A stretch of DNA of 64,000 nt from Squalus acanthias (lineage: Eukaryota). The stretch is from contig CM059433.1 of NCBI GenBank assembly GCA_030390025.1, positions 17,114,001-17,178,000 on the forward strand, written 5' to 3'. Position numbers and translations under genes: made by a program. Each line of letters opens with the position of its first letter. Positions within the stretch are counted from its first letter, which is position 1. Under the pieces are notes generated by a model. The model was not told where the DNA came from. It saw nothing but the letters and a program-made list of their open reading frames with translations, and searched no databases. Below are positions 36,983 to 47,971 of this stretch, piece by piece.

Positions 36983-38152
36983 ATGGGGGCTGTACTGGCA
37001 GTCGATCTCGCCCTCTATGATCTACGGCAGAGGGAGCGGAGGCAGCGAGAAAGTCTAGAACATGTGCCCAGAGGGAGGAGGAGGGCCATCAGGGCTCTCA
37101 ACAGGAGGCCTTACCCTCCGAGGGTATTCCGAGAGCACTTCTCCTACCTCCAATTAAGCGAGGAGCAGTGTATTAGAAGGCTCCGCTTCACCAAGGAGGT
37201 GGTCACAGAACTCTGCCACCTCCAGCAATCAGACCTCCAGCCTCAGATCAGGGCGACCATGGCTCTCAGTGGCAGTCAAGGTCACCGTCACCCTCAATTC
37301 CTTCACCAGCGAATCCTTTCAGTCTGCAACAGGAGACATAGCTAACATCTCACAGTTTGCCGTCCATCGCTGCAGCCAGGAGGTCACAGAGGCTCGCTAC
37401 ATTAAGAGAAGGACTACAATTCCTTCCCCATCATGAGAGAGAAGCAAGATAAGCATGCATGTGGCTTTGCCAGGATAGAGGGTTTCCCCATAGTGCATGG
37501 TGCCATCGACTGCACCCATGTGACTTTGCAGGCACCTCATAACAATCCTGAGATCTTCCATAACCGCAAAGGCTACCACTCACTTAATGTGCAGTTGGTG
37601 TGCGACCACAGACGGCTAATCCACAAATTCAATGCCCACTATCCTGGCAGCAGCCACGATGCCTTCATCCTGTGCCAGCACTCTTCCAGCTACCACGTCA
37701 AGCTCGCGACTGGCTGGTAGGTCGGAGACAAGGGCTATCCACTCTCCACCTGGCTCATGACTCCCCTCTGCAACCCCAACACTCCTGCCCAGCACTCATA
37801 TAATAAGAGTCATGCTGCCACCAGGGACATCATTGAGCAGACCATTGGCCTGCTGAAGCAACGGTTCCGCTGCCTTGACCGCTCGGGAGGAGCCCTCCAG
37901 TACTCAGCTGGGCGGGTGTCCCGTTTCGTGGTAGTCTGCTGCATGCTCCACAACTTGGCCATCATGAGGGCCCAGCCCTTGCCACCAGGGATTGCGAGAC
38001 CACCTCAGGAGGAGGGAGAGGAGGAGGGCGAGAAGGACGAGGAGGAAGATGAGGACAAGGAGGAGGAACAGGAGCGTGGGAGGAGGCAGCCACTCAGTCG
38101 GCCTTCCAGAAGGATGGTCCGTGACCGCCTCATCAGACTGAGGTTCGAATGA
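36983..38152 (+). pseudogene. Harbinger DDE transposase (HARBI1-like), frameshifted
   Basis: [68 protein letters not shown] and CCMLHN spread across ORFs 36956, 37433 and 37757. Confidence 0.9.
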
Positions 38153-38222
38153 ATTCAACCTCAGATCCCTGTTGCTCACCACATCCCCATCATTCCATCC
38201 CTGTCGCAGGCCATATCACAGC

Positions 38223-39044
38223 TGTAAGATTCGGATCACAGGTCATACACACATTACCCAAAGCGTCTTAGGAGCTGTAAGGCTTTTTATTAAAGAGCTA
38301 CAGTTTTAAGCATAATCAGATATTACATATGGCTTAAGCTGAGTATAATAGACATACAACCCGTGACAGTAGAGAGCGATCTACGACTCCCGAAGCGGAA
38401 TGCCACGACTGGACGGACGGTTAGTTAGATGTCTGATGAGACAGCGTGGAGGTCTCGGGTTAGCGGGTCTCTGCAGTCAGTAACAGCAGTCACTTCTGTT
38501 GATTCGTCCCCGAGCTGTTGGAGGTGTTAGGCATAAGCCAGCATTGATCCACCTCACAGGCTAAACTTAGTCAAGGTGTTAGGCCTGAGCCAGCATTGAT
38601 TTCGATCTCGAAAAAGCCTTCGCCCCTCGCTGTCTGATTTCCTCTCACGGTGGTCTATATTTATAGTTTTTTTGGTGAACTGGTGGATACCTGGTGTCAA
38701 TCATTTGTACCCCATCCTATTGTCTAATTACAAGGGAGAGGCTACCTATGGCAGCCCCCTCCCAGCCTCATGAGGTCATTTTCCTCCTTATCTCTGTTCT
38801 AAAGGTCTTGTTGCCCTCTTTGTAGACAGCTTGTTTATCCTACAGCTCCTTGCTACATCCCGTATCAGGCCGAGTTATGCCCACTCGAAGGCCTGTTTTT
38901 TGTGTTCTGACCTTGTAATTCAACTCTCTGTACAGCTATTTTTCTGACGTGACTGGAATCTTTCTGTGTCATCAACTTAGGCAAACTGCTGATCTAGGGA
39001 ACCCGTAACAGACTATTATTTCTTTCAATCCACGATTTCTTACA
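38223..39044 (-). repeat. 3' LTR (822 bp)
   Basis: TGTAAGA...TCTTACA termini; direct repeat of 48105-48915. On minus, TATAAATA near 38660 and AATAAA near 38288. Confidence 0.95.
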
Positions 39045-39056
39045 TCTCCCCACCTT
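39045..39056 (-). promoter_or_regulatory. Polypurine tract
   Basis: AAGGTGGGGAGA immediately upstream of the 3' LTR on the minus strand. Confidence 0.85.
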
Positions 39057-39379
39057 GAGAAGGAAATATCCTTATTGACTTCTCACAATCGGCTCTTGAC
39101 TAATCTAGCTAGTTCTTATTGCTCTCTGAACTTGGGCGTTAGTTAGTAGGGAGTCTCGAAAATGAAGATTTCCCCCTTTCTTACAATCCATTCCTTTGAG
39201 GGGGAGGAGCAACCTCTGACCCCTTACTCAACTTCAATTCTACCCCGCCTGGGGCATCCTCTGTTTCTTCTATCTTTCCTAATCTTACCCCGCCTGGGGT
39301 GTCCTCTACATTGCTTTGGATCTTCTCTTTCGGTGTGCTCAATTAATTTGTTGGTGCTGGTTAGTCATAGGCATGAGTA

Positions 39380-40340
39380 CCCAATTGGCTTATGTATCAA
39401 AGTCTTACTACACAGGTTACATATATCAAATACGCTATCATTACAAGTTGGAGAACTACCAGAGCGTGTGAAATAATACGAACCTAAGGGTGTGCTGGTG
39501 TATTATTAAGCCCAATATCCCACCAGTGTGAGTTGTCCTCTATGCTGTCAATTTCAATATCCATTCTCGAATTGTCTTGCTCCAAAACATAAAAATGCTT
39601 TAGGGAGGAGTTCAGTCGCATCACAAGCTCACTGAAGCCCTTAGACAACAGGGGAATGTATTATCCGAATTGTGCCACATAATTGTGCAGCTCATACTTA
39701 AATTTCTCATTTACTGTCAGTTTCACTTGAGCATAGGTTTTGATATTGAGTAAAACGTGTTGGTTGATAGGACAGGTCCTGTTAGACCCGTAAAGCATGG
39801 TAGTTGCAGTAGTAGTGACACAGGAGGCACCACCAAAACCACCTCATACTGGATTCTCCACGCTCTGTTACCTACAAAACACAATTATTACAGTCACAGT
39901 TAAATTCAGTCTTACAATCATTTCAAGCGACATTACAGTTTAACATCTAATCAACAAATCATGGACTTAAAAGATTCTCCAGATCTCTCTTTTACTCGTA
40001 TCCATCTTGTGGATAATTCTTACTAAACATGATTTCTCCTTGGCCCTCAATTGTCCCAATCCAAATTCCATGTAACTCTCCACTTCAACTTCAATTTCAA
40101 TCCCTCTAACAGGGACCAGTGTGTTCAACTCTATTCTGATTGTTTCATTAATTAGATAGTTTCTCGATGGAGTATGTGTCAATGCTTTAAAAGTTGTCTC
40201 GCTCTCCTGAGCCACATTAAGCATTTCATGTCTTGCTGTTGTCAAGTAACTGAGTATTTCTGAGACCCGTTCTTCAGTGCAAATTCACCATGCATTTCCG
40301 GATGGTAATTCACAAGCCATTCTCTGGCTTTCAGGTATCA
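39380..40340 (-). pseudogene. Decayed envelope-like membrane glycoprotein
   Basis: Minus-strand fragments: CKTEFNCDCNNCVL*VT, GASCVTTTATTMLYGSNRTCPI, FSELVMRLNSSLKHFYVLEQDNSRMDIEIDSIEDNSHWWDIGL, and the hydrophobic IISHALVVLQLVMIAYLIYVTCVV. Located between pol and the PPT. Confidence 0.65.
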
Positions 40341-41895
40341 AAAGATTGTAATCGTCTGGAGATCTTTGCTCATCTTCCTCTGCATGGTCCCGATGTCTTG
40401 GGTAGAGGGCAGGACTATAACATTCAGTTTTCTTAAAAAGTTAATTATAGGCAGGGACACAAATGTCTCCAAGAGAAAGCTATCAATTTACTATTCTTAA
40501 CTACACTTTCCTGACTTTCACTAGAATGAAAATTCCCATTAATACCAGATTCTATCTCATTCATGAGTGTCTGGAGAAACTTTACTGTCCAATACAATAT
40601 TAAAGATAGAAAACATAGATCAAAGTTGTTTGGTGAACCAATTTTTAAAAAACAGCTACCAGCGGAAAGGGTTAACGCCTTTGCAGGTTTATAAGGCGGC
40701 GGAGCAAATATTCTTATTAACTAAACACGATACAGAACAGAAAATAAAACAAAAAAAAACACAGTAAGTTACATAATATTTCTCTTTGTTCTTTCTTCAG
40801 ATGCGTTTTCAAATGACTGTAAAAATACTTGTAAGGGGTTCGCGTGGCTCTGTGCTTAGCCTGGGTGCTAGTGCGGGGTTAGGCCTTGTTGCCTGTTCTG
40901 GTCTCCAGCCAGCCTGGTAGCACTAGACACCTGTGAGTGGTTCGACCCACTCACCCTTACGGTTCTGACACTGGACTTAGGTGCGAGAGCAATAATGCAG
41001 AGAAAACTCAGGTAGACTCGGTTGAATAGTGCGAAATGGAAAATCTTTATTGCATATTATTCAAGATTACGAAATACATGTCATAAGCACAGATTAATGA
41101 CAGTACAAACTTACATACATTTATGCAACTAGGTTTAGGGAAACGAGGAGCGCACGACACATTGTAAAAGGGGACACACATTATAATTATCCTTAAAACA
41201 GAAACCCTCCCCTATCAATACCTGTCCTAATCTAGATCTGTAGGATCGTGACTCATGCTCACCACTCGTGATAACTCGGAGAATTCCGAAACTCTGCTCG
41301 GATGTTTTCACCACAGCACCTGACTATCCACGTGTTGATCAGGGGTCCCTGTACCCCACTTGTTTACTCGCTTCTGCTCCGGCTAGCAGGCTGGACCGTC
41401 TGCTGTCATGAAGATCTGTGTTGACCTCGGAACTCTGATAAAACTCAAAGAAGAGTCTTCCTATGCCCGACACCAGTTAGCCGGTAAAATTCAAAGAAGA
41501 GTCTTTCTGGACCGACACCAGTTGTGGAGTAGCCGATAGAATTCGAAGAAGTGGTTAATCGATTTTCGGGCGCGGTCGGGGTTTACTGACCGCGGCGGCA
41601 CGTGTAGTCGTCTTCTTCTCTTCTCATCTCATCTCATCTCCTCTCGGGCCTTCGGTTCCAACACCGTTTACCGACTTCTCGGGATGGTGCGCCCGCTTAC
41701 CGGCCTTCGCAGACCAGCTCTCCACAGATCTTCGTGGCAAGCCACGAGGTTGACTCCCGGAAAATCCACGGATCAGAGAAGCGAGTCAAAAGGAATAAGA
41801 GTCGAGCGAATAAGAGAAAGATGGACGTTTGGACACTACAGTTATAGTACTGTAATTCCTTATCTCCCGCCCAATCTTAATGTTCATCTTTTGTC

Positions 41896-44502
41896 ATGTT
41901 TTGGCGCTCAAACTTCTTGTATGAAAGGAAGGATATTAGCTCTGATGATGCGGAATCTGTATGGGTAGAACTGAGAAATAACAAGGGGCAGAAAACGTTA
42001 GTGGGAGTGGTATATAGACCTCCAAACAGTAATACGGAGGTTGGGGACGGCATTAAAAGGGAAATTAGAGAACCATGCAGTAAGGGCACAGCAGTCATCA
42101 TGGGTGACTTTAATTCACATATAGATTGGGCTAACCAAATTAGTAAAAATACTGTGAAGGAGGAATTCCAAGAATGTTTACGAGATGGTTTTCTGGAACA
42201 ATATGTCGAGGAACCAACCAGAGATCAGGCCATCTTAGACTGGGTATTATGCAACGAGAAAGGATTAATTAGCAATCTTGTTGTACGAGGCCCCTTGGGT
42301 CAGAGTGATCATAATATGATAGAATTCTTCATTAGGATGGAGAGTGAAGTAGTTGAATCAGAGACTAGGGTCCTGAATTTAAATAAAGGAAACTACGATG
42401 GTATGAGGCGCGAATTGGGTAGGATTGATTGGGGAATGTCACTCAAGGGATTGACGGTGGATAGGCAATGGCAAACATTCAAAGACTGCATGGATGAACT
42501 ACAGAATTTGTACATCCCAGTGTGGCATAAGAATAAAGCAAAAAGGGTGACTCAACCGTGGCTAACAAGAGAAATTAGGGATAGCATAAGATCCAAGGAG
42601 AGGGCATATAAATTGGCCAGAAAAAGCGGTAGCCCTGAGGATTGGGAGCAGTTTAGGGTTCAACAAAGGAGGACAAAGGGATTAATTAAGAAGGGGAAAA
42701 TAGAATATGAAAGTAAGCTTGCTGGGAACATAAAAACTGACTTTAAGAGCTTTTATAGATATGTGAAGAGAGAAAAATTAGTGAAATCAAGTGTAGGTCC
42801 CTTGCAGTCAGAAGCGGGGGAAGTTATAATGGGGAACAAAGAAATGGCAGCCCAATTAAATGCATATTTTGGTTCTGTCTTCACAAAGGAGGACACAAAT
42901 AACCTCCCAGAGATGTTGGAGAACATACGGTCTGATGAAAGGGAGGAACTGAAAGAAATCAGTATTTACAGGGAAATGGTGTTAGGGAAATTGACGGGAT
43001 TGAAGGCCGATAAATCCCCAGGGCCTGATAATCTACATCCTAGGGTACTTAAGGAAGTGGCCCTAGAAATAGTAGATGCATTGCTGATCATCTTCCAACA
43101 TTCGATGGAATCTGGAACTGTACCCATGGATTGGAGGGTAGCTAATGTTACCCCACTATTCAAAAAGGGTGGTAGAGAGAAAGCGGGGAATTACAGACCG
43201 GTAAGCCTGACATCGGTAGTGGGGAAAATGCTAGAGTCCATTATAAAGGATGTAATAGCTGAGCATTTGAAAAACAGTGACAGGATCGGACAAAGTCAAC
43301 ATGGATTTACAAAAGGTAAATCGTGCTTGACTAATCTACTGGAATTTTTTGAGGATGTAACTGGGAAAATAGATAAGGGAGAACCAGTAGATGTGGTGTA
43401 TTTGGACTTTCAAAAGGCTTTCGATAAGGTCCCGCATAAGAGATTAGCGGGTAAAGTTAAGGCACATGGGATTGGGGGCAAGGTATTGACTTGGATAGAG
43501 AACTGGTTGGCGGACAGAAAGCAGAGAGTAGGAATTAATGGGTCTTTTTCCAAGTGGCAAGCAGTGACTAGTGGGGTACCGCAGGGATCGGTCCTTGGAC
43601 CCCAGCTATTCACAATATACATTAATGATCTAGATAAGAGAATTAAATGTAATATCTCCAAGTTTGCAGATGACACAAATCTGGGTAGGAGTGTGTGCAG
43701 CGAGGAGGATAGCGAGAAACTCCAGGATGATCTGGACAGGGTGGGTGAGTGGGCAGAAGCGTGGCAGATGCAATATAACGTGGATAAGTGCGAGGTTATC
43801 CACTTTGGTGTCAAAAACAGAAAGGCAGACTATTATCTGAATGGCAATAGATTGGGAGAAGGGGAAGTGCAACGAGACCTGGGTGTCCTTGTGCACCAGT
43901 CGCTGAAAGTAAGCATACAGGTGCAGCAGGTGGTGAAGAAGGCAAATGATATGTTGGCCTTCATAGCGAAAGGGTTTGAGTATAGGAACAGGGATGTCCT
44001 GCTGCAGTTGTACAGGGCCTTGGTGAGACCACACCTTGAGTACTGTGTGCAGTTTTGGTCGCCTTATCTGAGGAAGGTTGTTCTTGCCATGGAAGGAGTT
44101 CAGCGAAGATTCACAAGGCTGATACCTGGGATGGCAGGAATGACATATGAGGAGAGATTGGGTCGATTGGGCTTATACTCGCTGGAGTATAGAAGAATGA
44201 GAGGGGATCTCATCGAAACATATAAAATTCTGACAGGTCTGGACAAACTAGATGCAGGAAGAATGTTCCCGATGGTCGTAGAGTCCAGAACCAGGGGTCA
44301 AAATCTACGGATGACGGGTAAACCATTTAGGACAGAAATGAGGAAGAATTTCTTCACCCAGAGAGTGGTGAACCTGTGGAATTCTCTACCACAGAAGGTA
44401 GTTGAGGCGAAGTCATTAAATATATTCAAGGATGAGTTAGATATATTTCTTAAAGCTAAAGGTATCAAGGGATATGGGGAGAAGGCAGGTACAGGGTACT
44501 GA
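41896..44502 (+). CDS. CR1 ORF2, uninterrupted 868-aa frame (partial endonuclease plus RT; first ~9 codons come from the flank)
   Basis: VYRPP, MGDFN, SDHN, KSPGPD, NYRPVSL, SGVPQGSVLGP, KFADD. Confidence 0.9.
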   Translation: MFWRSNFLYERKDISSDDAESVWVELRNNKGQKTLVGVVYRPPNSNTEVGDGIKREIREPCSKGTAVIMGDFNSHIDWANQISKNTVKEEFQECLRDGFLEQYVEEPTRDQAILDWVLCNEKGLISNLVVRGPLGQSDHNMIEFFIRMESEVVESETRVLNLNKGNYDGMRRELGRIDWGMSLKGLTVDRQWQTFKDCMDELQNLYIPVWHKNKAKRVTQPWLTREIRDSIRSKERAYKLARKSGSPEDWEQFRVQQRRTKGLIKKGKIEYESKLAGNIKTDFKSFYRYVKREKLVKSSVGPLQSEAGEVIMGNKEMAAQLNAYFGSVFTKEDTNNLPEMLENIRSDEREELKEISIYREMVLGKLTGLKADKSPGPDNLHPRVLKEVALEIVDALLIIFQHSMESGTVPMDWRVANVTPLFKKGGREKAGNYRPVSLTSVVGKMLESIIKDVIAEHLKNSDRIGQSQHGFTKGKSCLTNLLEFFEDVTGKIDKGEPVDVVYLDFQKAFDKVPHKRLAGKVKAHGIGGKVLTWIENWLADRKQRVGINGSFSKWQAVTSGVPQGSVLGPQLFTIYINDLDKRIKCNISKFADDTNLGRSVCSEEDSEKLQDDLDRVGEWAEAWQMQYNVDKCEVIHFGVKNRKADYYLNGNRLGEGEVQRDLGVLVHQSLKVSIQVQQVVKKANDMLAFIAKGFEYRNRDVLLQLYRALVRPHLEYCVQFWSPYLRKVVLAMEGVQRRFTRLIPGMAGMTYEERLGRLGLYSLEYRRMRGDLIETYKILTGLDKLDAGRMFPMVVESRTRGQNLRMTGKPFRTEMRKNFFTQRVVNLWNSLPQKVVEAKSLNIFKDELDIFLKAKGIKGYGEKAGTGY

Positions 44503-44594
44503 GTTTAGATGATCAGCCATGATCTCATCGAATGGCGGAGCAGGCTCGAGGGGCCGAATGGCCTACTCCTGCTCCTATCTTCTATGTTTCTATG
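41922..44594 (+). mobile_element. Young CR1 LINE, 5'-truncated within the endonuclease
   Basis: Near-identical to 26944-30246; TTCTATG tail at 44577-44594. Confidence 0.95.
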
Positions 44595-45564
44595 TACTTG
44601 TCGTTAATGGGTTTCAGTGATACTTGTAACTGTCTGAGTACCCGTTAATATTTCTCCCATTGTGGAACCGGCTAGGAGTCTCCCTGGAGGGGTTTTTGGG
44701 GGCCTCCGATTCTTGTTGTGAGTACCCGCGAACGGCTCTCTCATCATAGAGCCGTGGGGAATTTGCGTATCAATGTCTTTTGGATGGGCCCCTAATTGCC
44801 CAGTACAATAGCCCTCGTTTGTGCATGGAAAACCCGATTCCAGCACTTATATTCCTTGCTTGGGTCTTAAAATGCAAAACGATCTCGTCTTGTCTTATCT
44901 CAATATGCTGAGTCCTGTCCGATCTTGCTGAAATGTTTATTGAAACGCCATCTTGTCTGCCTGCTGAAAGTCTAGAACCTTCTGCCACAAGGCGTGGTGG
45001 CCATTTTACAGGCTGCTTGTATCCGTTTTGAAACCTGACAGCATTTTGCTGAAATAAAGCTGTGTTTACGAAACTGTATGTCTCTTTCTCATTATTTTTA
45101 AATCGCGATAAATTGCGAATTCTACATACTGAATAAAACTGGAGAAAAATTAGTTTTCACATTTAAACAAAACAAATCAAACTGCTTTGGAAAATTTCAC
45201 CATAGCAACCGCGACTCCAAGGTTAAAACTTAGACTGAAACTTAATCTTTTGTTAAACAAACTTTTTGTTTTTCTCAGTTTTTCCACACCAGCTTAACTT
45301 AAATTGTAGCTCAAAGTTTTTTTCAATTGCAGGTGCACAATCTTATTCGCACATTCTTCTTAAACATTCATAGATGCTTTGTAAAAAGACATTAACATTC
45401 ACACTGAAAACAAATAAAAACCTGCAGAACAGCAGAAAAGAGACATGATCTTCCCTTTTCTCCTTTATTCTATCATAACTATTTTATCCTTTCTCCCATA
45501 AACCAGTTTTCAATTTCTGATGTTTTCTACTGAATCTCATTCTGTACTGATTACTCTCACAGAT

Positions 45565-46360
45565 CCCCAGTGGCAGTAGGGTGGGTGTCTCCTGAACCAC
45601 TGGAGTGCACGCGGGGATGACTGAGTTGAGCTTGCGGTAGTTGATAGTTAACTGTCATCTGGCTTCTTGACTGGCCAGACGGGGGAGTTAGCTGTAAATG
45701 TGCCTTTGCGGTCAACACCCTGCTTTAACAATGACTCGATGGTAGTTCGAATATATGGTATACTCTCGGCCGGGTATGAGTACTGTTTCACGGTGGCGTG
45801 GACCGGACCGTTAATCTCCTCGTGTTCAGTCATGCCTCAGCAATCATGTTTGTGGGTTGCGAATGCTCCCGGACTGACTCTAGGATCGCCCGGACTCCCG
45901 GGTCTATAGAGGTGGCTGGTTCGTCGTCCTCTGATTTTTTAATCGCGAATACCGAGTGCGCGTTGGACACCGGGGCGGGGGGTCCATTTTGAAGGTTCCA
46001 CCAGATACAATTGTTGGCATAGTCAACCACTGCCTGATGACTGCTGAGCACATCACTACCTAATATTCCCTGCCCGGTATGTATAGACATATAGATGGGG
46101 TTTTGAACCGCGACCTATGCCCCTGCTATGTCCAATACTATGGAAACGGACCCTTGTATGGTCACCTGGGTTGAATTGTCGAAACCTGATAAAAGCTGGG
46201 GTGCACCCTTTGTGGGGTCCGGGTGAGGATCGTGGATGATGGTGACAGAGGACCCAGAGTCGACCAGCATTAGTTGTTGATGGCCTCCCGAATCAACAGT
46301 GCGGACTACCGGCCTCCCGTGACCATCGTGTCGGAGAGGGGAAGCCCCCGCTTCCCCTTT
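45565..46360 (-). pseudogene. Aspartic protease and RT N-terminus of the provirus (frameshifted, truncated)
   Basis: GRPVV...MLVDSGSSVTII (DSG at 46253-46261), GILGSDVL, FATHKHDC, KQYSYP, NSPVWPVKKPD and INYRKLNSVIP. Similarity stops before the YxDD motif. Confidence 0.88.
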
Positions 46361-47971
46361 TTACCTGGCGGTGGAAATGACCCATTTTGCTGTTGTACCA
46401 CGGAGACCGGTAGGGCTTTCTGATTGGCGCTTAGGGCGGCTAGGGCTGCCTCCACTCTCTCAAGCCGCTGGTTGACTGGGTCGGGGCTTATCTGCCTTGG
46501 GGAATTGTAGCATTGACTGGCATAGTGGCCTAGGCGGTGGCAGAGATAGCAGCGTATTGAGCTGTTTTTCCCCGGCGCGGATGTTCTGGGTTCCCCTGAC
46601 CTCTGGTTAGGCAGCGGGCCCTCAACGGCTGCTACTGCGCCTTGGGGGATACTGGCACGGGTCTGGTCCCACGCAGCCTGGGTGCGATTCTGCAATTTTT
46701 CGCAGTTGGTGTCTTTAGCGACGTAAACGCCTAGCGCATTGCGGACCAATGGTTGGAGGCCATTAAGGAAGAGGGTTTTGAATCCCGGGTTGTCGAAGTG
46801 TTCCCCTGTTCCCCCCCTCTGGTGCGCTGAAAGATATTGTGGAGTTTCTGCCCGAAAGCGTTCGGGCTCTCAGTAGGGCCCTGTTTGGTGTTGGCGAGGA
46901 GTTGGTGGAAGTCGAGGCTCTCCTCCCCCAACACTTGGCATAGCTCCGCCTCAATATCCTCAATATCGCCTCCTTCTAAAATGCCCTGACCCATATCTTG
47001 CTTCAGTTCTGTGGAGCATGTCTCCAGGAGGATCTGTTTAAGGTCGCTCCCTTCTAGTTCTGGATGGGTAATTTTAAAAATCCTCCACCGCTGCCTGAGC
47101 TTGAGGGGGTCGGTACGGACTCCCATCGCTCCCAAGTTAGTTGTAAGTGCCCCGACCTCGACCGCAGTAAGGGGCCGTCGGGTGGTTGTAGTTTCTCTCC
47201 TACTAGTGCTTGAGGGGGTCTCCCCGCCTGCTGCTTCCTTGAGCTGCTCCTGCTCTGCCTTTGATCGGGTGACCACACACACTGGTATTGCCTCACCTGC
47301 CTTGCCTCCCCCCCCCCCCCCCGCCCCCCCAACGAAGGCGGAGCCGGGGGAGCGGAGGGAATAGGGTTCTGTCTCAAACTGTCCCAACAAGAGCTGGGAT
47401 CTGCCGGTTTAATTTTGGAGACAGCTGCCACTACTGCTCGCTGTTGGTCAATTTGTGCCTGAAGCTGTTGGATTTTTTCTAGGCACAGGGCGTGGTCTGC
47501 CCCGGGGGGAAGCGGTGCTTTGCTATCGATTTCAGTTCCCTTACTGCCCCTCTCGCATCTTCCAACTCCTCTCTCAACCTACGGTTCTCTGCCTGTAACT
47601 CAATGTCGTTGTCTAGGATCAGGTCCTGCCTCCTTTGGGCACGCTGTGTTTTCTCATGTTCACTTTGCTCCCGGGACAGCTGGGTGCGGAGCGCAGAGTA
47701 GTCCTGCTGCAGCTGGCATATTGACTCCCTTAACCCATTAACCTCCTGATTTAGCTGCGCAGCACATAAGTGTGCCCCGTACGCCAACTGATCCCGGCCT
47801 TTTTTCAGTTTAAGTTTTGTTTTGGTGGATGTCTGCCGAAAGTTTGTCAAAAATGCAATCATAGTTCCCGCTGCTATCTTCTCAAATTCCTAGAACGCCC
47901 GTGGCTGCAGCCTTACCAACTTTTTCTGCCAAACTGTCTATTAATAATTCTCGATGATATGCCAACGCCAT
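46306..47971 (-). pseudogene. Gag-like protein (N-terminal coiled coil, capsid-like region, CCHC zinc knuckle), frameshifted
   Basis: ORFs 47479..47862, 47054..47431, 46731..47390 and 46306..46749 chain together. QGPTESPNAF (MHR-like) and CYLCHRLGHYASQC are present. Confidence 0.85.

Larger units (their letters stand above)
40830..45126 (-). mobile_element. Solo LTR of a second family (~1.6 kb after removing the nested CR1)
   Basis: TGTAAGGGGTTCGC...GCGAATTCTACA termini; TACT duplication at 40826-29 and 45127-30; AATAAA on minus near 41048; no coding content. Confidence 0.75.

Noticed and set aside
36983..38152. Host gene HARBI1 (and MSANTD/NAIF1-like genes for the Myb ORFs)
   Set aside because: Frameshifted, paired with a Myb gene inside transposon ends, and present as three diverged copies, so these are transposon genes.
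38431..38462. CTGATGAG followed by a GAGAC/GTCTC stem in both LTRs, resembling a hammerhead ribozyme
   Set aside because: No GAAA follows the stem, and the motif is antisense to the proviral transcript.
41443..41555. CRISPR-like repeat-spacer pattern
   Set aside because: Only 2-3 degenerate tandem units with no unique spacers, in eukaryotic LTR context.
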